Shown: positions 46,301 to 55,265 of the stretch, piece after piece
How the letters are laid out: each line of letters begins with the position of its first letter
Numbering within the stretch: the first letter of the stretch is position 1
Assembly: GCA_020160935.1 (NCBI GenBank)
Contig: JAIUPL010000013.1
Span: forward strand, 47,710-111,709
Origin: Bacteroidota bacterium
GTDB lineage: Bacteria; Bacteroidota; Bacteroidia; Chitinophagales; Saprospiraceae
Reading direction: 5' to 3'
DNA: 64,000 bases
The notes under the pieces: generated by a model
Told to the model about the DNA's origin: nothing
The model's input: only the letters and a program-made list of their open reading frames with translations
Database searches by the model: none
Made by a program: the position numbers and the translations under genes

Positions 46301-49300
46301 GTTAATCGTAAATGCCAGGTTGGTCGTACCGCCGTCGCCTTCTGTGATCGTCGGACTGCTGATGGTAATTATTGCAGCATCGTCATTCGTGATCGTACCA
46401 ATACCCAGGCCGTCGAGAATGCTTCCACCTACCGGCATGGACAGGCTCATTTCCACCGTTTCATTCAACTCGACCGTCAGGTCGCCATTAACGACTACCG
46501 TAACCGTCTGGCTCAGGGCGCCACCGGCAGTAAAGTTGATGGTACCTCCGGCAAAAGCCTGATAGTCAGAACCGGAGGTAGCCGTGCCGCCAGTGATGGC
46601 ATAATTCACCGAACTGGCGTTGGCATTTACCGTGCGGGAAATAGTGAAGGTCAGGTTGGTGGTACCGGCATTGCCTTCCATCACACTGACGTCGTTGATG
46701 CTAAATTGTGTATTAACGATTTCGATGGCGTAATCTTCCACTTCACCGGTCGTTTGCAGGCCCGTCGGTACTGCCGCAACAGCCCCCTGGGTGAAGCGGA
46801 AACGTGCAAAACTGTTGCCTACTGTAGCACCACTTGGTACCGGAATGGACAAATTGTTATTGCCTGCAACAACAGGAACCTGGTTGAATACCAGATCGCC
46901 TGCGTCGGAGAAATTACCATTGAGATTGAAGTCGACCCAACCATTCAGGAAACCATTGATGGAGGCATTGACCGTGATGTTGGCAGCGGTACCTGTGACC
47001 AAAACGCTTGGTAGCGTTACGCCGTCGTCGTCGTCACCTTCAGCGTCTGTATCGTCGCCATTGGCCAAAGCACCAGGCTGGCCGTCGGCATCGCCGTCAA
47101 CAGAAGCACCCAAGTGCACGGTAAGGGAGGTACTATGGCGTGCTCCATTGCTGGCCAGCAGGGTGCCGTAGGAGTCGGGCGCATCGCCCCAATCGACCTC
47201 GTCGTTGACAATGAGTCCACGTTGTGGGGAACCAGATACCGTTACACCGGCCGGAGCGCCGGTAATAGCACCCAATGTCACCACAAAGTCTTCATTTGCT
47301 TCCACGAAATTGTCGCCGTTCACAAGCACCGTAATGGTTTGTGGTTCGTTCATGGTACCGGCAAATGTCAGTATGGCGTCGTTATCGACATAGTCATTGT
47401 TGGCGGTTGTAGCAAGACCGTCGCTGGTCGTGTAGGGCAATGTAAAACCGCCTTGTACAGGGTTGTTCAACGTAGCAGTAAACACAAACGGGGTAGTACC
47501 TGTATTGCCCTCGTCTTGCATCAAAATAGAGGAAGGCGTGAGGGTTACCACTGCATTATCATCATTCAAGATGGTACCGGTACCGGCCGACAAGCCCAGA
47601 GCGACGTTGCGACCGCTCGCACTGAGGGAGCCAATGCTCACATTGTAAAATTCGTTGGCTTCAACCTTGTTGTCATCGTTAATCGTAACCGATACCGACT
47701 GCGAGGTGGTGGTTCCGGCAGGGAATGTTACCGTTTGCGAAGCAATCCCATTGTAGTCGTTGTCGGCAGTGCTCGCCGTATTGTTGGCCGTAGAGAATTG
47801 CACCGTTACAGGAACGTCTACGGGGTTGGAGAGCGTTACGGTAAATATTTGTGGAGTAAGTGCCTCCGCCTGGCTTACACTGCCTGCCAGTGCCACCACT
47901 GCTCCATCATCGTTTGTAATGGTGCCTGTTTGCGGAGAACCGGTAACAGTAATAGCCGCTATCTGTACTGCTGAAGTACCGCCTACCGTTGCTGCCAGCA
48001 TAGTGGTGAATGTCTCGTCCAATTCCACTTTATTATCCGGCGTAGAGTTGACCACAAATGTCTGCGTTTCATTGGCGGCTCCGCTAAATGTCAGCGTACC
48101 ATCATTATCAGTGTAATCATTATCAGCAAGGGTGGCGGTACCATCATTGGTATTGTAGGTTATTGTAAAGCCATCTTGCACTGCTTTATCAATATTTGCA
48201 GAGAAAGTGAAAGGAATGCCCCCTTCTGCATGTGAAGTTCCACCGGAAAAGGTGAGTGTTGCTACGTCATCATTGGTGATGGTACCCGTACCCGGGCTGG
48301 CGCCGATACCGCCGTTTACCGGGTTGCTCAGGGTCAGAAGAATCGTTTCATTGTTTTCCACTACAAGGTCGCCATTTACCGTTACAGAAACGGTTTGAGT
48401 CAGGGGGCCGCCGGCTGTAAAGTTGATCGTACCGGTAGGATTGGAAACATAGTCGGTACCCAGCGTGGCCGTACCTGCCGAAACAGTGTAATCCACCGAG
48501 GATGCAGTAGTGTTGGTGGTGCGGGTAATTGTAAAGGTCAGCGTCGTTGTGCCGGCGTTGCCCTCTATCACGGATGGATTGTCGACCGAGAACTGATTGC
48601 TGACGATGTTGGTGCGGTAATCCTCCACCTCGCCATCGGCAGCGGGACCGCTGTTCGACAGGCCGCCAGCAGAACTGAAGCGGAAACGCAGGAAGGAAGA
48701 GCCCACCACAGCCCCGGAGGGTACGTTGAACGTCAGCACATTGTTGCCTGCGACGAGGGATACATTATTGAAGATTTTCTCTCCGGCATCACTCAGTACG
48801 CGGTTCCAGTTGAAATCCATAAAGGCGTCCAGTTTACCTGGCTGGGAAGCATTTACCGTGATGGTAGCCGTTGTACCAGTTACAAAAACACCAGGCAGTG
48901 TTACACCGTCTTCATCGTCGCCGTCGGCATCCGTGTCATCGCCATTGGCCAGGTTGGAATGTGTACCACCTGTGCCCTGACCGTCAGGGTCGCCGTCGAC
49001 TGAGGCGCCGAGTTGGAAGCCCAGAACCGTATTGTGGCGTGCACCATTATTGAAAGCGATTGTTGGCAGGGAATCGGGACCGTCACCCCAGTCCACTTCG
49101 TCGTTTGTGATGGTACCTGTTTGCGGGGAGCCCGCAGCATTGATGAAAGCCCCCAGCGTGGTAGCACTGATACTACCCAGGGCCACTGTGAAGGTTTCGT
49201 TCGCTTCTACCTTGGAGTCGCCATTTACCAGTACGGTAATGGTTTTGGCTTCACCCGGAGTGCCGGCAAATGACAGGCTGGCATCATTGTCGAGATAATC

Positions 49301-51298
49301 ATTGTCGGCAGTAGTGGCAGTACCGTCATTGGTAGTATAGGCTACAGAAAAACCGCCCTGCACCGCATTGTTCAGCGTAGCAGTAAAGACGCGGGGAGTT
49401 GTTCCTGTATTGCCTTCGTTTGCAGCGCCGCCGCCAGTAAGCGTAACTGTGGCCGCATCGTCGTTGACGATCGTGGCCGTGGGTGTGCCCGCTGTTGTAA
49501 TAGCAGCCCCCACAAAAGCACCAGTTACTGCACCCAGGGCGACTGAAAAGGTTTCATCGGGTTCCACTTTGGTATCGCCGTTTACCAATACAGTAAAGGT
49601 TTTGGTTTCGCCCGCAGTACCCGTAAATGTCAGGCTGCCATCGTTGTCTGCATAATCATTGTCAGCAGTAGTGGCCGTACCGTCGTTGGTGGTGTATGCT
49701 ACTGTAAAACCACCCTGTACTGCATTGTTCAAAGTAGCAGTAAAGGTATAGGAGGTAGTACCTGCATTGCCTTCATTCTGGGCAATACCACCACTGAGCG
49801 TAACCGTAGCGTTGTCGTCGTTGGTGATGGTGCCGGTCTGTGGCGAACCAGCAGTAGTAATGGAGCCACCTAGGGTTGTACCCGATATGGCGCCCAACGC
49901 TACCGTAAAGTTTTCATCGGGTTCTACTTTGGTATCGCCATGCACCAGTACCGTGATAGTTTTGGTTTCGCTGGCAGTCCCTGTAAAAAACAATGAGGCA
50001 TCGTTGTCCACATAATCGTTATCAGCAGTAGTAGCCGTACCATTATTAGTAGTATAGTCAACATTGAATCCACCCTGCACGGGGTTGTTCAAGGTGGCTG
50101 TGAAAGTATAAACCGTATTACCAACATTGCCTTCATTCTGAGCAATGCCGCCGCTGAGGGTTACCGTGGCGTTGTCATCATTGTTAATGGTGCCTGTTCC
50201 TGAAGCATCCGTGATGACTACGCCACCCGGAGCGCCGCTCAGCACGACGGTAAAGGCTTCATTGGCTTCCACAGCAAGGTCGCCATTCACCAGCACTGTC
50301 ACGGTTTGTGTCAGCGAGCCGCCGGCTGTAAACGACACCGTTCCGCCGGAAATAGCCGTAAAGTCGGAAGGCGAAGTTGCCGTACCGTCTGCGGTGTTCA
50401 CTGTAAGGCTAAAGGCCTCCGTGTTGCTGCTGCGGGTTACTGTGAAATTAAAGTTAGTCGTACCTGCATTGCCTTCTGAGAGGGTAACGTCATCGATGGT
50501 AACCGTAGTAGGTGTCCTGAAACCGAAATCGACCGTCAGATTGGTATTATTGTTTCCATCGCCGTCGGTAGTGGGCTCTCCTCCGTAACTCAGGGTAACA
50601 GCAGCAGTGGCCACGCCGAAACCTGCCACCGGGTCACCATTGTCATCATTGTCAATATCTGTATCCGGGTCGGGAGCGCCGCCAAGGGGGCTGCTAATAA
50701 GTCCGGCCATCAGGGTATTGTCGTATAGTGCGCCGCCGGGCAGGAAATTTGAAGACGTAACTTCAAGGATGTAGTTACCCGGGCAAAGGCCTTGAAAATT
50801 ATAAAATCCCAGGGCCGCAGCCGGTGTGGTCAGCGTAATTGTGATCGCAAGTGGAGAACCGTCCGCTCCAGTAAGCACCCCGTCGCCATTGTCCGCGTAT
50901 ATTGCAACCGCTACATTTCCCACACCCACGTCGCCTGCGTCGAAGATGCCGTTCAGGTTGTTATCCTTAAACACGCGATCACCGATTGAGAGGGTACTGA
51001 ACGGGGTGAGCGTAGGGTTGGAAGCCCCGGCAATATCAGGATCATCCGTTTGTACGGTCGTAAAGTTGGACCCACTTACATTGCTCTGGTTGATAAGGTT
51101 CGTGTTTGAACTAAAGCCGCCATTCGGGCATGCATTGGCATTTACATCCACTTCATAGGTGATGCAAATGGTTTTGCCTGCCGGGAGGGTGAATCCGGGC
51201 GTTGGGAATGTTTGCGCCTGCAGCCCTGTGCAAAGGAAGGCAGAAAAAACGAAGAGGGCGGAAAACCGATTTTCAATTCTGTAAAGAATATTTTCCAT
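40361..51298 (-). CDS. giant (3645 aa) T9SS-secreted adhesin-like protein with multiple Calx-beta repeats, two GEVED-type modules, HYR-like and Cys-rich domains, a dockerin-like segment and a C-terminal sorting domain
   Basis: Signal peptide; SdrD-B-like GDRVFKDNNLNG; at least 12 Calx-beta-like units (DDNATVTL...NEGN.G...F.FT.TL...V...F.V.Y.T.DGTAT...DY...); GDDTDADGDDEDGVTLP...GEVEDY occurs twice; HYR-like PVITCPGNITTNAAAGVCNATV; dockerin-like SDANRSGSITTFDIVEFRKLILG; C-terminal TLNVFDETGRLIW...GMMYYTVET. Confidence 0.9.
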   Translation of the reverse strand: MENILYRIENRFSALFVFSAFLCTGLQAQTFPTPGFTLPAGKTICITYEVDVNANACPNGGFSSNTNLINQSNVSGSNFTTVQTDDPDIAGASNPTLTPFSTLSIGDRVFKDNNLNGIFDAGDVGVGNVAVAIYADNGDGVLTGADGSPLAITITLTTPAAALGFYNFQGLCPGNYILEVTSSNFLPGGALYDNTLMAGLISSPLGGAPDPDTDIDNDDNGDPVAGFGVATAAVTLSYGGEPTTDGDGNNNTNLTVDFGFRTPTTVTIDDVTLSEGNAGTTNFNFTVTRSSNTEAFSLTVNTADGTATSPSDFTAISGGTVSFTAGGSLTQTVTVLVNGDLAVEANEAFTVVLSGAPGGVVITDASGTGTINNDDNATVTLSGGIAQNEGNVGNTVYTFTATLNNPVQGGFNVDYTTNNGTATTADNDYVDNDASLFFTGTASETKTITVLVHGDTKVEPDENFTVALGAISGTTLGGSITTAGSPQTGTITNDDNATVTLSGGIAQNEGNAGTTSYTFTATLNNAVQGGFTVAYTTNDGTATTADNDYADNDGSLTFTGTAGETKTFTVLVNGDTKVEPDETFSVALGAVTGAFVGAAITTAGTPTATIVNDDAATVTLTGGGAANEGNTGTTPRVFTATLNNAVQGGFSVAYTTNDGTATTADNDYLDNDASLSFAGTPGEAKTITVLVNGDSKVEANETFTVALGSISATTLGAFINAAGSPQTGTITNDEVDWGDGPDSLPTIAFNNGARHNTVLGFQLGASVDGDPDGQGTGGTHSNLANGDDTDADGDDEDGVTLPGVFVTGTTATITVNASQPGKLDAFMDFNWNRVLSDAGEKIFNNVSLVAGNNVLTFNVPSGAVVGSSFLRFRFSSAGGLSNSGPAADGEVEDYRTNIVSNQFSVDNPSVIEGNAGTTTLTFTITRTTNTTASSVDYTVSAGTATLGTDYVSNPTGTINFTAGGPLTQTVSVTVNGDLVVENNETILLTLSNPVNGGIGASPGTGTITNDDVATLTFSGGTSHAEGGIPFTFSANIDKAVQDGFTITYNTNDGTATLADNDYTDNDGTLTFSGAANETQTFVVNSTPDNKVELDETFTTMLAATVGGTSAVQIAAITVTGSPQTGTITNDDGAVVALAGSVSQAEALTPQIFTVTLSNPVDVPVTVQFSTANNTASTADNDYNGIASQTVTFPAGTTTSQSVSVTINDDNKVEANEFYNVSIGSLSASGRNVALGLSAGTGTILNDDNAVVTLTPSSILMQDEGNTGTTPFVFTATLNNPVQGGFTLPYTTSDGLATTANNDYVDNDAILTFAGTMNEPQTITVLVNGDNFVEANEDFVVTLGAITGAPAGVTVSGSPQRGLIVNDEVDWGDAPDSYGTLLASNGARHSTSLTVHLGASVDGDADGQPGALANGDDTDAEGDDDDGVTLPSVLVTGTAANITVNASINGFLNGWVDFNLNGNFSDAGDLVFNQVPVVAGNNNLSIPVPSGATVGNSFARFRFTQGAVAAVPTGLQTTGEVEDYAIEIVNTQFSINDVSVMEGNAGTTNLTFTISRTVNANASSVNYAITGGTATSGSDYQAFAGGTINFTAGGALSQTVTVVVNGDLTVELNETVEMSLSMPVGGSILDGLGIGTITNDDAAIITISSPTITEGDGGTTNLAFTINMNNPVDANVDLNNFTVDGTATTANNDYTLTNGSQTFTPGQTSKTVSVPIIGDCAIEPNETFIVRLGSLTANGRNVTFSGGGAQLDGIGTITNDDALPVITCPGNITTNAAAGVCNATVTLTQPITSSVCGSGTLEFRYRSVDASNVPTGPYNAFAPAASNSVNLAVGRYEVEWRITDGSGASSCSYFVQVVDNQPPSAQCVPSFNLNLNAGGTGSVTAANINNGSSDNCSIVNLSVAPNSFTCANVGPVTVTLTVTDPANLTSTCTSTVNVIASAACTPPAIGNSGGPDIADPCTCLGNGRFSEEVVIGPTNPGQLWVVQSTTLINPNTNAPYAPGTAFTQVNVGGGQVIYVLPGVHLDGVGYSLTATSVYFPNSPLTISNTCYYPDPVITGPEGVFCANSADGVFSGTAGANIDGTGQFFLNGNPIPTVETPVNSNNWVTTLDFSTLSAGNYTLVFQFDAGNPAGLLAPPNVGCIASVSRVFTVVNTPSNLVCNDNLHITLDESCSLELNPDDILEGTYLCYDDYMVQLDRTLPLGNGPWQPGILGPSDVHHTYAVRVVHIPSGNSCWGTILVEDKLPPVLQCPCTSNTDDACTYTCADKDGILNGSILTPAPVAVDGCEGPITTIVTNPAAPGANLYKKDVFIDGGACGVSRIERTWTAKDSWGNSAQCTQVFYLEPYDLDEVNFPEDITIECAGCGQTASTSPCVTGVPTVDGNDADGVYEIITYNGNCQIQSEGLCNLGAQKEDTRIQVCPGTFKILRHWTVLDWCTNTFIEHDQLIKVVDNEGPAIATPGDMTVSTNPSQCCATVNLPDVIVEDACSATASISAMVVVYDQYLPDQIIGTYNINGNTLSTFPGNNFWDCDTLGRYGITPCLPIGHHQVMYMAEDVCGNTNQISFWLTVVDDVAPVATCTQFTTVAIGVDDPTDCYEPTEDCQFGGVTWVPATAFDQGSHDNCNNFEITVRRMPEADGTYSECIDGLSPLCDGYEYNVATTENDSIKFYCCEVGTTQTVILRVYQLDINGNRDYYRNPDGSPLTDPDGAIQYIYNECMINVEVQDKIKPTCQAPAPVTINCENFEPSLWAYGYPSVSDNCCLDNTPPTSVDPQGQSGIPSGTAAIPGVCGATQKVYYNNFLNANFDTTCNRGVIIRRFTAWDCQGFSSSCTQRITVTNQQAYTVQFPADKLVNCVTTPDFGKPVITNDEGCELIGTSYNDVIFTVVPDACYKIERTWTIINWCTYLPDNACTPVTRNPVNPNTGLAPEKTYNSTTENCLTYKQVVKIIDQTPPTITCAEIDTCDYSTNNPRYWNDGDNWWDNSTMQHDLCEKSTNIAVTAEDFCDTLSPTGGLRFRYLLFLDLDGDGIMETVVSSADIFTRPLGQIRYNNYLAPNYHGGSLQLLDAVAGNQTYRFDIEQTANGARVIWRNAAGSVIDPELAHGRHKIKWIAEDGCGNEAVCEKTFEIRDCKPPVVACANVNINLMIGGMATLWASDFFLYGDDNCTPDPILEQKLAVIRADENPGNQFPTDLPQSIVVTCADQGTMVPVQVWLQDAAGNADFCIAYVNVQANIVGCEVTNASVAGKLATETLEGVEDATVELAISSASNPQSLQTQYSDNTGSFMFADAIPPAGNYTLTPTKDDNPLNGVTTYDLVLISKHILGLEPLSSPYKMIASDANRSGSITTFDIVEFRKLILGIYTHLPNNTSWRFVDKDFAFTDPSNPFQEPFPENISAQNVMWDHLADDFVSVKIGDVNNTVIANSLFTAEERASSTLLFDVDDRTLEAGEVVSVAFKGSETVQGYQFTLHLADLEVLDISGSGAIKSTNFGVFEHAITTSVDGPDNEFTITIRAAKAGRLSEMLGVSGSITKAEAYSLANERMDIALRFSSPSGMTTVGVGFELYQNEPNPFVNKTMIGFHLPEASEATLNVFDETGRLIWTRSGSFLKGYNTFAVDRQLLPSPGMMYYTVETSTDRATRKMIQSR
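49109..50188 (-). repeat. three tandem ~360-bp (120-aa) Calx-beta repeat units within the giant gene
   Basis: Protein residues 371-490, 491-609 and 610-729 (hand-counted) are near-identical in pattern: I(N/T)NDDNATVTLSGGIAQNEGN...TTAGSPQTGT. Confidence 0.8.
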
Positions 51299-51385
51299 GA
51301 AGATTTTTTTTAAACTGTTCGATTCGTAATTCGGGATTAGATTAAAATGCTTGTGGATTCAAGGCATTCACAGAAAATAATACTT

Positions 51386-54300
51386 TTATTTTGAACCGGA
51401 TGTAGCGCCTTTTTGCGACAGGTATGCCCAGTCGTAGACATGCTCCGAGTGGATGTTTCGGAAAATACTGTTTCCAGGCAACACTGGGTTTACCATAGCC
51501 GTAGGATGGGTGATGGTTGTGCAGGCAGCCTGGTTAAAGTTGACCGCACCACCAGCCGCAGCACCAGAATTCAAACTTGGTGGCGACATAGCAGTGGTAG
51601 GCGGCATATTGCCTTTCATATCCCACATGGTGGCGAGGGTAGTGCCAGGGCCTTGCAGGTTGACGGTGGTTCCGGAAGCAGTAGACCGCGCACGGAAATG
51701 CGCAAAGAAGGTTTGTGGTCCCGTGCCGGAAATACTGACCGTGTTACTCACTACATTGGCACATACAGTGGCAGTCTCGCCTCCCCCCCCGCTGCCGGAG
51801 GTGATATCGATACAATACCAGGAGTCGCCTGCGATGGCGACGTTGTTGCTCAGAAGGTTTATATTCAGGTTGGCGGCATTCCGGGCATTGGCATATATAC
51901 CGCGACCGTTCACGTCGATTCCAGCAATCGTGTTATTGCTGACTTCCGCTTTACCCGAGGCGGAGTTAGTAGCCCACACCACGATGCCGTCGCCAAAGCA
52001 GTTGCAGCCAGGTGTTTCCGGGTCGCCGCCCATAATACAATCGCTGCATGAATTCGGGCCTGTGATCATGTTCAGGTTGATACGAGCCTGAAAAACACTG
52101 CTGTTATTGCCCTGTACCAGAATAGCGCTGCCGCCTGCCAGGGTCATGGTATTGCGGTTTACGTTGATGTCCATGGTGGAAGTACCAGCCGGTATAATTT
52201 CCACACCGGACATAAATTTTTTAGTGTCTTTGTTAAACTCTGTATCGGTTACATTTACATTGAAAGTACCCGCAGTGGCGCTGGCACGCACGCCCTGGGA
52301 TTTGAGACGGCGGAAAAAACAGTTATCGACGGTGAGTGAGTTGGTAGTTGTGTTGGAGGTGGTTACATGCAGGCCTTTTTCACCAAATGTTTTGTCGAAG
52401 TTGTCGGAAAAAGTGCAGTTTGTTACAGTCAGGTTAAGAGCACCATTGGTAACAGCATTGATAATTTCCACCGTTTCATCCGATGCAAAGGTAAAGGTGG
52501 AGTTATTGAACAAGCAGGTACCTGTCAATTCCCGTATTTTCATACAGCCTTCGAATTGTTCGTTGTTGCCACAGTTGGTAAAACTACAGCCTTCCACCGT
52601 TAGATTTGAAATGTTGTTTGCATTCAGTCCCTGCTCTGCAGTACCATTCACATCCACATTGTTCAATACAATCGTCGTAACCGTGCTAAAGTACAAGGCC
52701 CCATTACACGCAGTATTTGTGAGTGCATCACATGTGCCAGCGCCGCCTGCATCGACGGTATTGGCATTTGTAAATGTGATGTTTTTCAGGGTGATATTGC
52801 TAGCCGAAACAAAATTGACCCCTCTGTTCGCAATATTCTGGATGGTTCCACCCGATCCATTGGTTGTGCTCGTTCCGTTGATGGTAAAACTTCCGGTTGT
52901 ACTGGTTACATCTATACCATAGCCTGCGCCGTTGGCGGAAACGCTGGTAAGCACAATGCCAAGAACTGTATTGTTGATGTCTATGGCTACCTGGTTGCCG
53001 GAGTTGATGGTACCGTCGGTGATATTCAGGGTACCAGCACCATCGGCCAGTATGGCGGTGCCCCCGCCGCTACGGGCCACATCTACATCTCCGAGGTTTT
53101 TAGGGCTAGAACTGTTAATAATAGAAATTGCGGTCCCAGTTCCGCCGGTTACATCAACGAAGTCGAACGTGATAGCGCTCAAACCGGCGTTCACCATATT
53201 CATTTCGAAGGCAAGGCCATTGCCGGATTTAGTGATGTTGTTGCCAGTGCCGGTTACGTTTACCGTACCACTTCCTGTGGCGCTGAAACCTTTACCCGTG
53301 GTCGTGCTAATCACCAGTCCGCCGCCGCTGAAGGTGAGTGTGGCACCACCATTCGTCACCAGGTTTACGGCCGTGTTGGCGCCCGTACTTAATGACTTGG
53401 ATGCTCCGGAAAAAGTGATGGTACCGCCGCCGCAGTTTTGCACCTGGATGCCCATTCCTGTAGAGGTGATATTTCCGGAGAAGGTAATATTGTTGGAATC
53501 GTGGTTGTCGATATCTACTGCGAAGCCTGCATTGGTGGAAATGGCGCCGCTGGAACTAAACGTTACGGTGCCGTCTTTGATATACACACCTGCGGTGGTG
53601 GGGTTGGTGATGGTACCGCCGCTTACAGTGAAGGTACCGGTACAATTGTTCAGATCAATGCCGTATGTGCCGCCATTGGTAGAAACGCTTGGGAAAGTGA
53701 CCGTCAGGGCGCCGCCATTTGAGGCATCAAAACCACCACCTGTGGTGTTGTTGATGCTCACCTCGCTAATCGTAAGGGTGCCGACAGAGTTCATAGCCGT
53801 ATTGTTCATGGCAAAACCTGAGCAAGCACCTACATCGAAGCCGCGAAGGGTGTTGTTCATGGCCATCAATACGCCGTCGCCTGCAGCATTGGTAATCACA
53901 GGGCGGGTGCCGTTGATATTGGGCAAGGTTTTGCTGTTGGCAGCCAGTGCAAAAGGTAGTACGCCCGACAGGTTGGCTGCGCCGGTATGGCCTTCGCCAA
54001 AGAGGCGTTCGCCGTCCTGCAACACGATACCGCCAGTATAGTTGGTGCCCGTATTTTCGATGTAAATGACACTGCCTGCTGCTGCGGAACCTGCGTTAAA
54101 ATCTGCCAGCGTTTTGAACGGAGAAGTCAGTCGGCCGTCGCTGGTAGCAGCCACGGAGGAGTTATCAATAAACCAGATCAGGTTGCTCACCGTGAAGGTG
54201 ATCACCGATGCATCGGTGGTCGGACAGGGCGCCGCAAGGGGAGTGGCGTCGTTCAGCGTGTAGGTGTAGGTATCTGTACCTGTGAAACCCGGCGGCGGCG

Positions 54301-54772
54301 AATACATGAAACTGCCATCCGCACTAAGCATAATGGAGCCGCCCTGTGTAGTAGTGAAAGTACCAGCCGTTACAGTGGCCGCAGTAAGGTCATCGTCAAA
54401 ATCATTCGCTTTGACACCCAGTGCCGCCGAAATATTGATGCCGACATTGCCAGTGCAGGCGTATGCGTCGGGCACGGCCAACGGGCTTGATTTAAATGAG
54501 CCGGGTACGAACGTGGTGCGCGGATCGGGCACCACATTCAGTTGTGTGTTGTTGCCGGAAGCGCCCCCTGTATTTTGAATGGTTACATTATACCTGATCC
54601 GATCGCCTGGCTCGGCCTGGCCGGCAGTGCCATTGTCGATAATGATCACGTCCGTTTGAGTAGGAACGATCACCTGTGCCTGCATCAAAGGCGTTGCTAA
54701 TCCTCCGATGCAAATTAAAAGCATCAATCCAAGTCGAACAAGTATGGGAAATCGTGTATATGATTGTTTCAT
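51386..54772 (-). CDS. secreted 1128-aa protein: DUF11-like N-domain, cadherin/Ig-like segment and long parallel-beta-helix-like repeats
   Basis: Signal peptide ...GGLATPLMQAQ. GDRIRYNVTIQNTGG (DUF11-like). VKANDFDDD...DGSFMYSPPPGFTGTDTYTYTL. This is followed by ~800 aa of G/T/N-rich imperfect repeats (ITFSGNITSTG, TFTVSGGTITN, NITLKNITFTN). I see no T9SS CTD. Confidence 0.8.
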   Translation of the reverse strand: MKQSYTRFPILVRLGLMLLICIGGLATPLMQAQVIVPTQTDVIIIDNGTAGQAEPGDRIRYNVTIQNTGGASGNNTQLNVVPDPRTTFVPGSFKSSPLAVPDAYACTGNVGINISAALGVKANDFDDDLTAATVTAGTFTTTQGGSIMLSADGSFMYSPPPGFTGTDTYTYTLNDATPLAAPCPTTDASVITFTVSNLIWFIDNSSVAATSDGRLTSPFKTLADFNAGSAAAGSVIYIENTGTNYTGGIVLQDGERLFGEGHTGAANLSGVLPFALAANSKTLPNINGTRPVITNAAGDGVLMAMNNTLRGFDVGACSGFAMNNTAMNSVGTLTISEVSINNTTGGGFDASNGGALTVTFPSVSTNGGTYGIDLNNCTGTFTVSGGTITNPTTAGVYIKDGTVTFSSSGAISTNAGFAVDIDNHDSNNITFSGNITSTGMGIQVQNCGGGTITFSGASKSLSTGANTAVNLVTNGGATLTFSGGGLVISTTTGKGFSATGSGTVNVTGTGNNITKSGNGLAFEMNMVNAGLSAITFDFVDVTGGTGTAISIINSSSPKNLGDVDVARSGGGTAILADGAGTLNITDGTINSGNQVAIDINNTVLGIVLTSVSANGAGYGIDVTSTTGSFTINGTSTTNGSGGTIQNIANRGVNFVSASNITLKNITFTNANTVDAGGAGTCDALTNTACNGALYFSTVTTIVLNNVDVNGTAEQGLNANNISNLTVEGCSFTNCGNNEQFEGCMKIRELTGTCLFNNSTFTFASDETVEIINAVTNGALNLTVTNCTFSDNFDKTFGEKGLHVTTSNTTTNSLTVDNCFFRRLKSQGVRASATAGTFNVNVTDTEFNKDTKKFMSGVEIIPAGTSTMDINVNRNTMTLAGGSAILVQGNNSSVFQARINLNMITGPNSCSDCIMGGDPETPGCNCFGDGIVVWATNSASGKAEVSNNTIAGIDVNGRGIYANARNAANLNINLLSNNVAIAGDSWYCIDITSGSGGGGETATVCANVVSNTVSISGTGPQTFFAHFRARSTASGTTVNLQGPGTTLATMWDMKGNMPPTTAMSPPSLNSGAAAGGAVNFNQAACTTITHPTAMVNPVLPGNSIFRNIHSEHVYDWAYLSQKGATSGSK

Positions 54773-55257
54773 AAAATCAGTTGAGGAAATTACAAAAAAG
54801 AAGATGTTTTAAATCCGGGCTGGTCAACAGTGTAACAAAAAAAGTGCCGTCCTGTGCTCAACACAGACACTTCGTACTTCATTCGTCGAAAATCGCAGGA
54901 ATTGGAAAAGGAATTGGAAAAGGCCCCAAAAGGAGAAGATCGCCATTCAAACTGAAAGGCGTGAAGAAGAATATGGGCCCCCTTACCCACTGCTTGCAAA
55001 AAGCAGTCAGGTATGAAAAACTTTACCATGAGATTAAGGCGTAATTTTCAAATGAGGATTAGATGGGGAGGAAATTCAAATTTCCTGAGCCCAAAGGTAC
55101 CAAATCGCAGTGCTTTTACAAGCTTGCAAAACAAATTAACAGAAATATTTTTTGTTAATTCGACAAAATATTGCGTTTATTTATTGTTTTTCACTGGCAA
55201 AAGTCACTTGAAGTATTAATTATTCATATTTAAACTTTTGTTTGTTGTAGAGGGGAT

Positions 55258-55265
55258 TATATTTG
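55258..55265 (+). promoter_or_regulatory. candidate -7 box (TATATTTG) ahead of the 55351 operon
   Basis: Matches TAnnTTTG. TTTG at 55237-55240 gives a 17-nt spacer. Located 86 nt upstream of ATG 55351. Confidence 0.3.

Noticed and set aside
41477-47974. Chain of long plus-strand ORFs (423, 468, 736 and 286 aa) inside the giant adhesin gene
   Set aside because: The minus strand encodes one uninterrupted 3645-aa protein with signal peptide, repeated known domains and a T9SS CTD. The antisense frames stay open because Thr/Val/Asn/Gly/Asp-rich codons lack reverse-complement stops. The 736-aa ORF is the most striking but has no motifs.
51413-54041. Several 200-370-aa plus-strand ORFs
   Set aside because: They are antisense shadow frames of the beta-helix protein gene (same reasoning).
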